Part shown: positions 51,036 through 61,700 of the stretch, piece after piece | Numbering within the stretch: the stretch's first letter is position 1 | How the letters are laid out: every line of letters starts with the position of its first letter | DNA from: an uncultured Methanomassiliicoccales archaeon | GTDB taxonomy: Archaea; Thermoplasmatota; Thermoplasmata; Methanomassiliicoccales; UBA472 | Direction of reading: 5' to 3' | NCBI GenBank assembly: GCA_963695345.1 | Contig: OY968769.1 | Span: 672,001-736,000 of the forward strand | Length of the DNA: 64,000 nucleotides | Position numbers and translations under genes: made by a program | Notes under the pieces: generated by a model | What the model was told of the DNA's origin: nothing | The model's input: only the letters and a program-made list of their open reading frames with translations | The model's database searches: none

Positions 51036-51139
51036 CCTTGCTTTCCGGAACCGCCTCGGACCGATCGTCAATGCCCTCTGTCACCATCATTAAGAGGAAT
51101 GTTCGAGCTTCTCTTTCATGATACTCTCCGAGGGTGTGA

Positions 51140-51561
51140 AATGAACGATAGCGGTCGGAAGCCACGGCTCCTCTTGGTGGAGGGCAACCGCGAGGATACC
51201 TTCCTCATCAAGAAGATGCTCCGGGACACCGGGATCGAGCTCGATGTCACCGTCGCCGAGGACGGAGAAAAGGCTATGGATATCCTGGACCGGGCCAATG
51301 GCGACCATAAGAGACCGATCGTATTTGTCATCCTGGGCATCGACCTGCCCAAGATCGATGGTTTCGAAGTACTATCCTACATGAAGAAGATGCACGGTAT
51401 GAAGGACCTCCCGGTCGTGGTATTGACCCGATCTATCAACAATGCGGAAAGGGACCGTGTCCTCTTGATGGGAGCGACCCACTATCTTGTGAAGCCGTCT
51501 TCTTATCGTGAATTCAGCAGCCATGGTCGAATGGATGAGGGGAGCGCTAGAGAATCGCTAG
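51140..51561 (+). CDS. Stand-alone receiver domain lacking the phospho-Asp; apparent frameshift near 51518
   Basis: LLVEGN, VILGIDLPKIDG, VVLT, YLVKP; shifted frame gives MVEWMRGALENR*. Confidence 0.7.
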
Positions 51562-51595
51562 GATTCGCCGTTCGGAAATGCTGCCTCGCCCGCGA

Positions 51596-52234
51596 TCAAA
51601 TGGGAGCGGACCTAGCCGCAGCCAGCTCTTTCGTCATCGCCAGGCTCTGCTGCAGTATCTCGGGAGTGCCCAACCGGCATTCATGCCGGAGGTTAAGCTC
51701 AACGGCGAACTGTTTCGACAGCGCGATGTACTTCTCGATGTCCCCCAGCCCATCATCGATGAACAGGACCCTGGAGTAGCCGTCGAACATCTTCCGCATA
51801 TACCAGTCAAGAGAGATCCCCAGCTCCTCGAAGTTGGGCATCTGGACGCGCATCTTCTTCTCGAACCATTCCCGGTTCATCAGGGCGAAGTAGGGAGTGT
51901 GATACATCGTGCCTGCGCACTTCTTCCGCTCTGCCGCATACTCCTCCGGCGTGATCAGCACGCCGATGCAGTCGTCTCCCCTCAGCTGGATGGTGGGGAC
52001 GTTCAGCTGTTCGGTTATGTCTTTCAGCGAATTGCATATCCCGTAGCCGAGCAGGACCGCGTCCACCTTGCCCTCCAATGCGTTGACCTTCTCGATCACC
52101 GCCTTCTTCAGCATCTCCGGGAATTCATGGAGGCCGAACTCCAGATACTCCTTGTGGACTATGTCCGGGTCGTCCTTGATGAGCGGTTCGAGGTTCCTCT
52201 CGAACGTTTCGCATGAGATGATGCCTATCTTCAT
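51596..52234 (-). CDS. DUF1638-like protein
   Basis: ISC, GLHEFP, LGYGICN, DDCI, YSRVLFID. Confidence 0.8.
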   Translation of the reverse strand: MKIGIISCETFERNLEPLIKDDPDIVHKEYLEFGLHEFPEMLKKAVIEKVNALEGKVDAVLLGYGICNSLKDITEQLNVPTIQLRGDDCIGVLITPEEYAAERKKCAGTMYHTPYFALMNREWFEKKMRVQMPNFEELGISLDWYMRKMFDGYSRVLFIDDGLGDIEKYIALSKQFAVELNLRHECRLGTPEILQQSLAMTKELAAARSAPI

Positions 52235-52327
52235 TGTTTCAACTCCTTTCCTTTGGACTACAGTAGATGATACGTCCCCGAAATATTAAAGTATTATCAT
52301 GTCATATTTTTCTATTACTGTGGTCTG

Positions 52328-53053
52328 ATGCAGGGTGACGATATAAGGGAACAGATCGAGGCGCTCCGCCAAGAGGTCCGCGGATTGAGCACGTCCATCC
52401 TCAACCTCCGTCAGGATGACATGCGCAAGGTCTTCGGAGACCAGATAAGACCGGTGCTTATGGAGCGGATCGAACGGCATTATCGGACCGATGATGGCGT
52501 TTCGACCGACGATGGCGGGACCAGCAAGGAAACGCTGTCCGACCTGGTGGACCGGACCATCTCCATCTTCCAGGGCGAGGGAAGGCGGAAGGCACTATCG
52601 TTCCTATCCGACCATGAAAGCGCCAACGATCTGTCCGGAGAAGATCCGGGAAAGGTATTCGAGGGACAATTGGTCACCCAGCTGAAGGAGTACTTGCTAA
52701 TGTCCGACCACGTCTTCAACCAGCAGGTGCCGGAAGTTCCCAGCCATTCCTCCAATAATGCTTTCGACCAGCGCCTGTCGCCGGAAGACGCGGAAAGGCT
52801 GATGGCACCACTGTCTAACTCCAGGAGGGTTCGGGTAATGCTGATCCTTTCCCGGGAGGCGAACAGCCTGGCAGAGCTCAGCAAGGAGCTGGACCTGAAA
52901 AAGGGACACCTGCAGTTCCATCTCAAGGCACTGATGGACGTGGACTATATCCGTTTCGACCGGAAGAGCCGGCTCTATTCCATCTCTTCCCGGGGGACCC
53001 GTGTGCTGGACGGAGTTACGAAGCTCATCGAGGACCTGTCCGGCGACCAGTGA
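52328..53053 (+). CDS. ArsR-like winged-helix transcription regulator (C-terminal wHTH)
   Basis: PLSNSRRVRVM..LAELSKELDLKKGHLQFHLKAL..YSISSRG. Confidence 0.85.
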   Translation: MQGDDIREQIEALRQEVRGLSTSILNLRQDDMRKVFGDQIRPVLMERIERHYRTDDGVSTDDGGTSKETLSDLVDRTISIFQGEGRRKALSFLSDHESANDLSGEDPGKVFEGQLVTQLKEYLLMSDHVFNQQVPEVPSHSSNNAFDQRLSPEDAERLMAPLSNSRRVRVMLILSREANSLAELSKELDLKKGHLQFHLKALMDVDYIRFDRKSRLYSISSRGTRVLDGVTKLIEDLSGDQ

Positions 53054-53183
53054 CAGCCAACATGATCCCAATTTTGGAAATCTTGGTGGGTACTGGTCGG
53101 TGAAGGTTAAAGGAAAAACCTCGCTAGGCGACCGGGGCCGATTAGGAGGGATGAAGAATATTGGAAAGGGTTTTGGGCATTAG

Positions 53184-53408
53184 TCACTTCAGGGCGAGCA
53201 GGCTTCTCTTGACCCTGTCGGCGGTCGCCTCGTCGATCATCAGCTTGACGCCGGTGTAAGACCACTTGGCTAATTCGTCCAGATCGTTCTTAGACAGGTC
53301 CGCCACCTCCTTCTTGAGGTGGGCGCTGACCTGACGCTTGAGGAACGACGGAGCTGCCGGACCCAGGTCCCTGGACAGGATCGAAAGCACATCGTCATTG
53401 ATGCTCAT
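53184..53408 (-). CDS. Small helical protein, STAC/Af1502-like candidate
   Basis: 74 aa with LSRDLGPAA motif; ATGA-coupled to the HAMP gene. Confidence 0.7.
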   Translation of the reverse strand: MSINDDVLSILSRDLGPAAPSFLKRQVSAHLKKEVADLSKNDLDELAKWSYTGVKLMIDEATADRVKRSLLALK

Positions 53409-54223
53409 TTCGACCCCTCCATCGGCTCTTCCGCGCTCTCCTCCAGCGCTCTCATCACCTTGAAAGCGTTGATCATCCTCTGGAAGGAGGTGGCCAGATC
53501 CTGAATCTCGTCCTTGGTGTTGACCGTTACCTTGTGGTCCAGGTTGCCCAGGCTGACATCGTCGGCCGCGCCGGTCAGGGAGACCAGCGGTCTGGTGATC
53601 CTTACCGAGGTCCAGATGGCCAGTGCTAGGGATACGGTTATGGCCAAACCTACCAGCATCAATACCGAGTTGGTGGTCGCGGTGGATACCTTCCCGGCGT
53701 TGTCGAGGGCGATCTGAACGTTCTGGTTGGAGGTGGCGACGAGGCTGGATATCCTGAGGTTAAGCGCTTCCATCTGGGCGTTCAGCTTCGAGGTTGCCTG
53801 GGTCAGCAGGGTCGCCTTGTTGTCTGCCTGACCGTTGTAGATGGCCAAGATGTCGGCCTTGTCCTGGAGGATGGTGGCCCCGATGACCTCGATCTCCTCG
53901 AGGTCCGAGACCAGAGCCGCATCGGTCGAGTTCGCAAGCAGGCCTGCCAGCGAGGTGGACATGCCATGAGTTCCGGCGTTCATCATCTGGTTGCCGATCT
54001 CAGTGCTTCCCTGTACGTACAGGGCGATGCCGTTCTGGAGCCCCCTGGCGGAGCTGAGATAGGTGTTGACGTCGACGCTTGTGGCAACCTGTGTCTTGAC
54101 GTTCTTGTCCTGTTCGTTCATCACTCCCAGCTGAGCGTTGATCATCAATGCCGAGCACAGGAATATGACGATTATCAGGGAGAACGATCCCATTAGCTTG
54201 TATAGTATTTTCATTGATTTCAC
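53405..54223 (-). CDS. Two-TM receptor with helical extracellular domain and terminal HAMP, no output domain
   Basis: TM1, helical sensor region, TM2, ITRPLVSL..GNL..DEIQDLATSFQRM, then ~20 aa and stop. Confidence 0.88.
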   Translation of the reverse strand: MKSMKILYKLMGSFSLIIVIFLCSALMINAQLGVMNEQDKNVKTQVATSVDVNTYLSSARGLQNGIALYVQGSTEIGNQMMNAGTHGMSTSLAGLLANSTDAALVSDLEEIEVIGATILQDKADILAIYNGQADNKATLLTQATSKLNAQMEALNLRISSLVATSNQNVQIALDNAGKVSTATTNSVLMLVGLAITVSLALAIWTSVRITRPLVSLTGAADDVSLGNLDHKVTVNTKDEIQDLATSFQRMINAFKVMRALEESAEEPMEGSK

Positions 54224-54224
54224 C

Positions 54225-55127
54225 TCAGATGAGCCTTACCAGACCGGTCGATTCCACGATATCCTGACCCTCCTGGCTCAGCATGAAGTTCATGAAGACC
54301 AGTGCCGCACCCACGGGGGCGTTGTCGGTGATCAGATAGAGCTTCCTGCCGAAAGCGTAGGAACCGTCCAGCACCGACGTCTGGGTGGGGGCGATGCCGT
54401 TGACGACCAAAGACTTGGCGACCGAGCCAACGTAACCGGAGGCGCTGTAGGCGATGCCCTCGGTGTCGTTGATGACCGTTCCGGTTATCAGTGCGGCGTT
54501 GTCGATCAGAACGGTGCCGTTCACGTTGTTGGAAGCACCGTCGTTGACGACCTTATTGAAGAAGGAACCGGTCCCGGTCTTGGCTTCCAGCGCGTAGACA
54601 TGGATCGCACCGGTCTTGCTTCCATTGGTTATCTGTGACCAGTCGGTGATCGTGCCGTCGAAGAATATGCCCTTAATCTGGGCCAGGGTCAGTTGTGCGA
54701 TCGGGTTGCTCGGATTGACGATGATGCATATCGAATCATAAGCTACGACCGTCAGGAATAGTGTCTTTCCATTCTGCGCCGCGCTCGCATACTGGTCGCC
54801 CGTTGGAACGGAGCTGGCCATGGCAACGTTAGCCCTTCCGGCGATCAGGTCGCTGATCCCATCCCGGGTGTTGCTGGTGGTCTCGGTCCCGTTCAGGGAA
54901 GTCGTGATGGTGGGATAATCTGCGTTGAACGGGCCCAACAGTTCTTTGACGGTCGGGAAGACCACGGCAGCTCCGGAGAACTTCAGGTCACCGCTGGTGG
55001 AAGCCTTGGTGGTGAGTTTCGCCTGAGAGACTACGACTCCAACCACCAACACGGCCGATAGCATTGCTAGGACGATTAGGATCGCAAGGATCGTCTTGCC
55101 ATTTTTCTTCGGATTATCAACCGACAT
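54225..55127 (-). CDS. PstS-like membrane-anchored substrate-binding protein (degenerate phosphate site)
   Basis: DSICIIVNPSNP, LTLAQIKGIF.G.ITDW, GSYAFGRKLYL, FMLSQEGQ. Confidence 0.82.
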   Translation of the reverse strand: MSVDNPKKNGKTILAILIVLAMLSAVLVVGVVVSQAKLTTKASTSGDLKFSGAAVVFPTVKELLGPFNADYPTITTSLNGTETTSNTRDGISDLIAGRANVAMASSVPTGDQYASAAQNGKTLFLTVVAYDSICIIVNPSNPIAQLTLAQIKGIFFDGTITDWSQITNGSKTGAIHVYALEAKTGTGSFFNKVVNDGASNNVNGTVLIDNAALITGTVINDTEGIAYSASGYVGSVAKSLVVNGIAPTQTSVLDGSYAFGRKLYLITDNAPVGAALVFMNFMLSQEGQDIVESTGLVRLI

Positions 55128-55560
55128 AATGTATCGAAAGCCGATACTAAGGTTAACGATATAAAACGAGATAATCCCAAAATCAATAATGTTAATAATT
55201 TTGGATAATAACATTAATGTATGATTATATTAATATCCGATTATCAGAATGTCATGATTGGCGAAACAAGATGCTGGCAACGAGATATTTGTCTAATCAT
55301 GTAACATTCATTGACATCCAAGACATCCGCAATCATCCAAGATTTTCCGTTCAAAAGTAATATTTTTGGCATACGATGCTTCGAAGAAAATCAGAAAAAT
55401 GAAATTAATATTGAGCGATTTTCAGACATTTCTCCGACCTTTTGTACTATTATTCATCGAAATATAATTCGTCATGTCAATCCGCCCTAGCCGAAAATAT
55501 TCATTTGTTCAATGCCGTTCATAAAGCCCGATACTCTTAGGGGATCGTCCCGCGAACGCT

Positions 55561-55728
55561 CGCCCCTTCGCCGATGAGGGAGGGGGCGTGTCGACGGCAG
55601 GGAATATCAGGAACGTAGACTTGGTCATCGACCAAGAAGTGAAGATGGCTCACAGAAATTGGAGCCATGGTTGAGCAGGTTGCCGGCCCCTATAGTCGCC
55701 TCGGGCAATCAAGAGGGACCGGCGGTGC
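55561..55728 (+). ncRNA. Candidate structured small RNA (four hairpins)
   Basis: Four consecutive inverted repeats in non-coding DNA; see findings. Confidence 0.35.
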
Positions 55729-55782
55729 ATCAATATCAGACGGCCGATGCCGAAAGAAGTGAGCATTGTGTCCGTTATCCTC

Positions 55783-58700
55783 TCACTTCCTCCTCATCCG
55801 GTCCACCTCGGTCTTGAAGGTCTGATCCTTCGCGGCGGTCACCGGGAATGTCCGGCTCTTCCGGCCTTTCTTCTCGACCGTCATCTGATGAACGTCCTCC
55901 GATACAAGGAACTCGAACTTACCCTCAACATCGGAGACCGTGCTCATGCCGTCCGCCAAGGTCACGGTGACCTCCTTGATCGGGTGGTCGTCCGGATCCA
56001 GGACCTGTCCGGTCATGGTGCCCTTCACTACGACGTAGAACATCCTCCTCCGGGCGATGGCCAGGAGCACAACCAGCAACGACGCTGCGACAGCACCGAG
56101 GATCCATCCCCAGATGGCCCAGCTGCTCTGACCGGAACCGGCTATCTCGATGGCGCCGAGGTCCATCTCTTCACCCGCGATGGCGGTGGCGTTGACATTG
56201 GCCAGCAGCTTGCCCTCCTTGGTGATGGTCAGGTTGTAGTCCCCGTCGTTAAGGTTGATGACGAAGTTCCCTTCCGCGTCACTGGTCACGTTCTTGCCCC
56301 CGGCGGATATGGTGGCGTTGGCGATCGGCTTTCCGTTGGCGTCCAGGATCTTGCCGTACACGGTACCGTTGGCGATGACCGTGAACGTCCACTGGGCACT
56401 GACCGGGTTCCCGGCCAGATCGTTGCCGCGCACCGAGACGGTGTAGGTATGGGAGTGGGCCAATGGCCGGGACGGCGTAAGCGTCAGGTTGGGACCGTCC
56501 CATGACATGGTCGCAAATATCCCGGGAGTATCCACAGTGACCGAGCTTTCGTTCATCTCCTCGCTGAAGAGCACACTGATGAGTGCATTGACCGGCACGT
56601 TCGTTCCCGTTGGCGAGGTGATCACCGCGGGAGCCACCGTGTCCACCAGGAACTCCAACGATGTGATCTCGGTGTTGCCCGCCTCATCGACCACCCTGAG
56701 CCCTATGACATGAGTTCCATCGGCCAAGGTGATCGTAAGGTTCGTCGTGGACACTTCGCTTTCGATCCAGGCCCCTCCATCCAGGCTTGTCCAGATTTGC
56801 TTGACCGGCGATCCGGTCCCGTTGATGTCCCATCCGATCTCCACGATGCTCTGGTTCAGCCTTTCCCCGCTGACCGGTGCCAGGATGGCCGCTATCGGCC
56901 GGACCGTGTCCAGGGTGAACCGGACGGATGCGGTGGCGCTGTTGTTGGCGCGATCGAACGCCTTCACCTCGAAGACGTGCTCGCCGTCGACCAGGCCGGC
57001 GAAGATGTTCCGGGCGGTGATGGCCGGAGGCGACCATATGCCGCCATCCATACGATACCGATAGCCCGCGATCCCGGAGGTCAGGTCGGTTCCGTTCCAG
57101 ACCATCTCCGATGCGTTGACGAACGCCAGATCCGAAGGTATGACAATGTGCACCGCCGGAGCGACCGTGTCCACCATGATGCTGATCGTGGCTATCATGG
57201 CGTTACCGGAGTTATCCCAGGCCCTGACATCTATCATGTGCGTACCTTCCGAAAGCTCTCCGAAGGTGCATCCGGTGTCACCGCAGGTCGACGACCACAT
57301 GCCCCCGTCGATGCGATACTGGAAGCCCAGCACTCCTGTGGTGGCATCGATGGCGTTCCATCTGACCGCCACGGTGGAGTGCTTGGTGATCCATCCGTCA
57401 TCCGGTGATGATATGACCAGGACCGGCGGGACCGTGTCCACGGTGAACGTGACGGATACCGTGGCCGTATTGTTGGCGTTGTCCATGGCCTTGACCTGGA
57501 CGGTATGGATCCCGTCATCAAGTCCGCTGAAGGTGCCGAGCACCGCCATCGACATCGGGGACCAGTCCCCGCCATCGATACAGTAGAGATATCCGGCGAT
57601 CCCGGTGGTTCCGTCGCTGCCCGTCCAATGGACGGTCATGGTGGTGGAGTTGGTGTTGACTTCGTTGTCCGGGGAGAGTATCTCGACGTGTGGTGAGACA
57701 GTGTCGACGGTCACGTTGACCGAGACCATTGCCGAGTTGCCGGCCCGGTCAGTCGCCATGACGTCCATCCTGTGCCTGCCGTCCGCCAATTCGCTGACCG
57801 TTATCCCGTTCGCCATCTCCATCGGTGCCCAAGCGCCTCCGTCCAGACGGAACGAGTAGTTGTGCACACCTGACGTAATATCGGTGGCTGTCCACGAGAT
57901 GCTGATCGACGTGATGTTGGTGTTGATGTCCCGGGACGGAGAGACGAACACCGGGATCGGCGCGACCGTGTCGACGGTGAAGGCGATCGAGGTGGTGGCG
58001 TTGTTCCCCGCCATATCGTACGCCCGAACCTCCACGGTGTAATTGCCATCCTCCAGATCAAGCATGACGTTCGTCTCGGAGGACAGGGAGGACCATTGGC
58101 CTCCGTTCACCCGGTATTGGTATCCCTGTATGCTGGTCGTGGCATCGGAACCGGTCCAGTTGACGTTGACGGTGGACGAGTTGCTGAATAGCCCGTTGAC
58201 CGGGGCGGTGATCTCCACCTCGGGAACGGTAGTGTCGACGGTGAATCCGACGCTGACGTTGGCGGTGTTGTTCGCCCAGTCGTAGATGCGGACCTCGACC
58301 GTGTTGACCCCCTCCGGAAGATCGAAGGTGTGACCGGTCTCCGTCGTCATCGACGACCACGTCCCTCCGTTCACCCGATACTGGTATGCCTGGACCCCGA
58401 CACCGATGTCATCGCCGGACCAGGTCACCGAGACCGATGGACTTTGAGAGTAGTGGCCTTCCGATGGCGCGATGATCTCGACCGTCGGTGCGGTGGTGTC
58501 CACGATGAAGCTGACGGAGACGACGATCTCGTTGCCGGCGAGGTCGATGGCCTTCACCTGGGCAGTGTGCGGACCGTCCGCCAGGCCGGTGATGTTCCGG
58601 AAGCTGGCCGACTGCATTTCCGACCAATCCCCGCCGTCGATGAGCACCTGGTACGAACCGATGGCGGATATCGCGTCGGTCCCCGACCAGGTCAGATTGA

Positions 58701-61700
58701 CCCAGCTGACGTTGAGGAAATAGCCTTCGACCGGGTTGATGATCGAGAGCATCGGCGCCTCCGTATCTATGGTGAAGTACACGACCGCCTGCTGCACGTT
58801 GCCGGCGAGGTCCCTCGCCTGGAGGACCACCGTCTGGTTGCCGGTGAACGTTACGTTGGCGAACAGGTCCGTTATGCCGGATACCCAGCTGCCCGAGCCC
58901 ACCCGGATCCGGTAATCGAACACCGAGGTCGTGGCATCGGAGCTGGTCCAGGTGATGCGCACCGTCGGGGTGTTCCAATAGGTACCGTTCGTTGGCGAGG
59001 TAATGGCCAGGACTGGCGGGACGGTATCGACGGTGAAGTTGACGCTCCTGACCGTGTAGTGCCCGGCCACATCGGTGGCCCGGACATTGACGGTGTGGGG
59101 TCCGTCGATCATGTTGTCGAAGGTTCCGTTCAGGTCCATGCTGAGCCCGGACCAGTCGCCGCCATCGATGCGGCACTGATACCCGGCGATACCGGATGTG
59201 GCGTCGCCGCCTTCCCATTCGACCTGCAGGGACGAGGAATTGATGATCGCCTCGTCGGCCGGATAGCCGATGGTCAGTTCCGGGGCGACGGTGTCGATGG
59301 TGAAACCTATGCTGGCATTGAACGTGTTGTTCGCCCAGTCATAGGCACGCACGACCAATATGTGATGCCCCTCGGGCAGGCCCGCGAATGTGTGGGTGAC
59401 CGTTCCGGAGAGCGGCGACCATCCTGCCCCATCCAACATGAACTGGGTTCCCTGGATTCCGGACATGACGTCGCCGGCGGTCCAGGATACCGTTGCCGAA
59501 TCGATGCTTATTAGCGATCCGTCGTTCGGAGCATCAATGGTCAGAGTCGGGTCGACCGTGTCCACCGTGAAGGTTACCGTCGATATTGACAACAGGTTCA
59601 CGTTGTCATAGGCACGGACCGTCACGGTGTGGAGACCCTCGACCAGATCCGTGAAGAGATGATCGCTGGTCGGGCTGACCCCGGACCATGCGCCGGAGTC
59701 CAGCCGGTAACTGTAACCGTGGACGCCGGACGTCGCATCTTCCGCATGCCAGTCGACATTGACATCGCTGCTGTTGAGGAGTATCCTGTCCAGTGGCAGA
59801 TCGAAGAATATGGTCGGTGCCACCGTGTCCAGGGTGAAATCCACGTAGGCCAGGGCCGAGTTACCGGCGATATCCCAGGCCAGGACGTCAACGCCATGCG
59901 TTCCGTCATCCAGTCCGATGAAGGTGTGGGCCACGTCCAGGGATGTCACGGACCATGCGCCGCCATCGACGCGGTACTGGTATCCGAGGATGCCGGAGGT
60001 GGCGTCGCTGCCGGACCAGGAGACATCCGTGTCATTGATGACCGCATGGTCGGCCGGGAGGTTGATCGAGACCGATGGTGCGATGGTGTCGACCATTAAC
60101 GATACCGAGGCGTACCTGAACGTTGCCGGCATTGTCCTGGGCGCCGACGGTGACGGTGTGGGATCCCTCACCTAGTCCAGGGAAGGTGTGGCTGGTGTCC
60201 GAGGTGAGATCGGACCATGCTCCGCTGTCCATCCTGTAGTAGTACCCGGCGATCTGGGACGTCACATCGTCCCCGGTCCAGGTTGCCGCGACCGAACTCT
60301 GGTTGAATATCTGGTCGATCGTCGGCGAGGTTATCGAGATAGACGGTTGCACCGTGTCCACCATGAAGGTGACCGACACGGTGGCGTTGTTGAGCACGTT
60401 GTCCATCGCGTACACGTCCAAGGTGTGCAGGCCTTCGCCCAGACCTGCGTAGATGTGCGAATCCGTCATCGACAGGACCGACCATTGGCCGCCGTCGATG
60501 CGGTAACCATAGCCGAGCAGGCCGGAGCTGCCATCGGTGGCGGACCATTCCGCGGTGATCGCTGCGACGGCATAGATGCCGTTGTCGGTCGGGTATGTTA
60601 TCTCCAAGGCGGGGGCGGTCAGATCGACCGTGAAGGTCACGCTGACGATGTGGGAGTTCATTGCCCGGTCGGTCACCATGATCGATACCGTGTGACTGCC
60701 TTCGCTCAATCCGGAGAAGAGCGCGGCTGATGGTCCATGCCGTTCGAAGTCCAACCAGCACCGTCCAGGGAGTAAGCGTATCCCAGGATGCCGGAGGTGG
60801 CGTCGGACCCGTTCCAGAAGACGGTGGCGGACGTACTGCCGGTGAACCATCCATCCGTCGGATGGCTGATGGCCAGAGCCGGTACGACCGTGTCGACGGT
60901 ACAGTGGAACAGTGCGATCTCCGAGTTGTTGGCGTTGTCGTATGCCTTGATGCTCACGGTGTGCGAGCCGTCGGTCAGACCGGCGAACTCGTGGGTCAGG
61001 TCGAGCGACAGCACCGACCACGCGCCGGTATCGATCTTGTACTGGTATCCCATGATGCCGGAGGTGGCGTCGCTGCCGGACCAGAACACCGAGACGGTGG
61101 TGGAGTTGGTGATGAGCCCTTCATTCGGCACAGTGATCGTTACAGTCGGCGAGACGGTATCGACGTTGAACGTCACCGACGTCTCGAAGTCGTTGCCGGC
61201 CAGGTCGATGGCACGGACGTCCACCGTGTGGTTCCCGTTCACTCCCGTGGTGAAGGTATATGTCAATGCACCGGAGGTGGCGGACCAGCTTTGCCCGTCG
61301 ATGCGGTACTGGTAGCCGAGGATGCCAGACCCGGAATCGCTTCCTTCCCAGTCGACACGGACGTCGAACGAGTCGGAATAGAACCCGGGGGCAGGTGCGG
61401 TGATGGTTACGGTCGGATCGATGGTGTCGACCCGGAAGGTGACCGACGCCGAGGCGTGGTTATGGGCGACATCGTACGCTTCCACGGTCACAGTGTGCAA
61501 CCCATCCGACAGCCCAGTGAACGTGTTCGTCCAGATCATGCTGACCGATGACCATTCTCCGGCGTCGATGCGGAACCGGAAGCCCTGCAATCCGGTGGTA
61601 AGGTCATCGCCCGTCCATTCCGTCGGCATCGAATCAGCGTTGGTGATCGCGTTGGCGTTCGGGACGGTGATCGATACCGATGGGGCGGTGACGTCGACCG

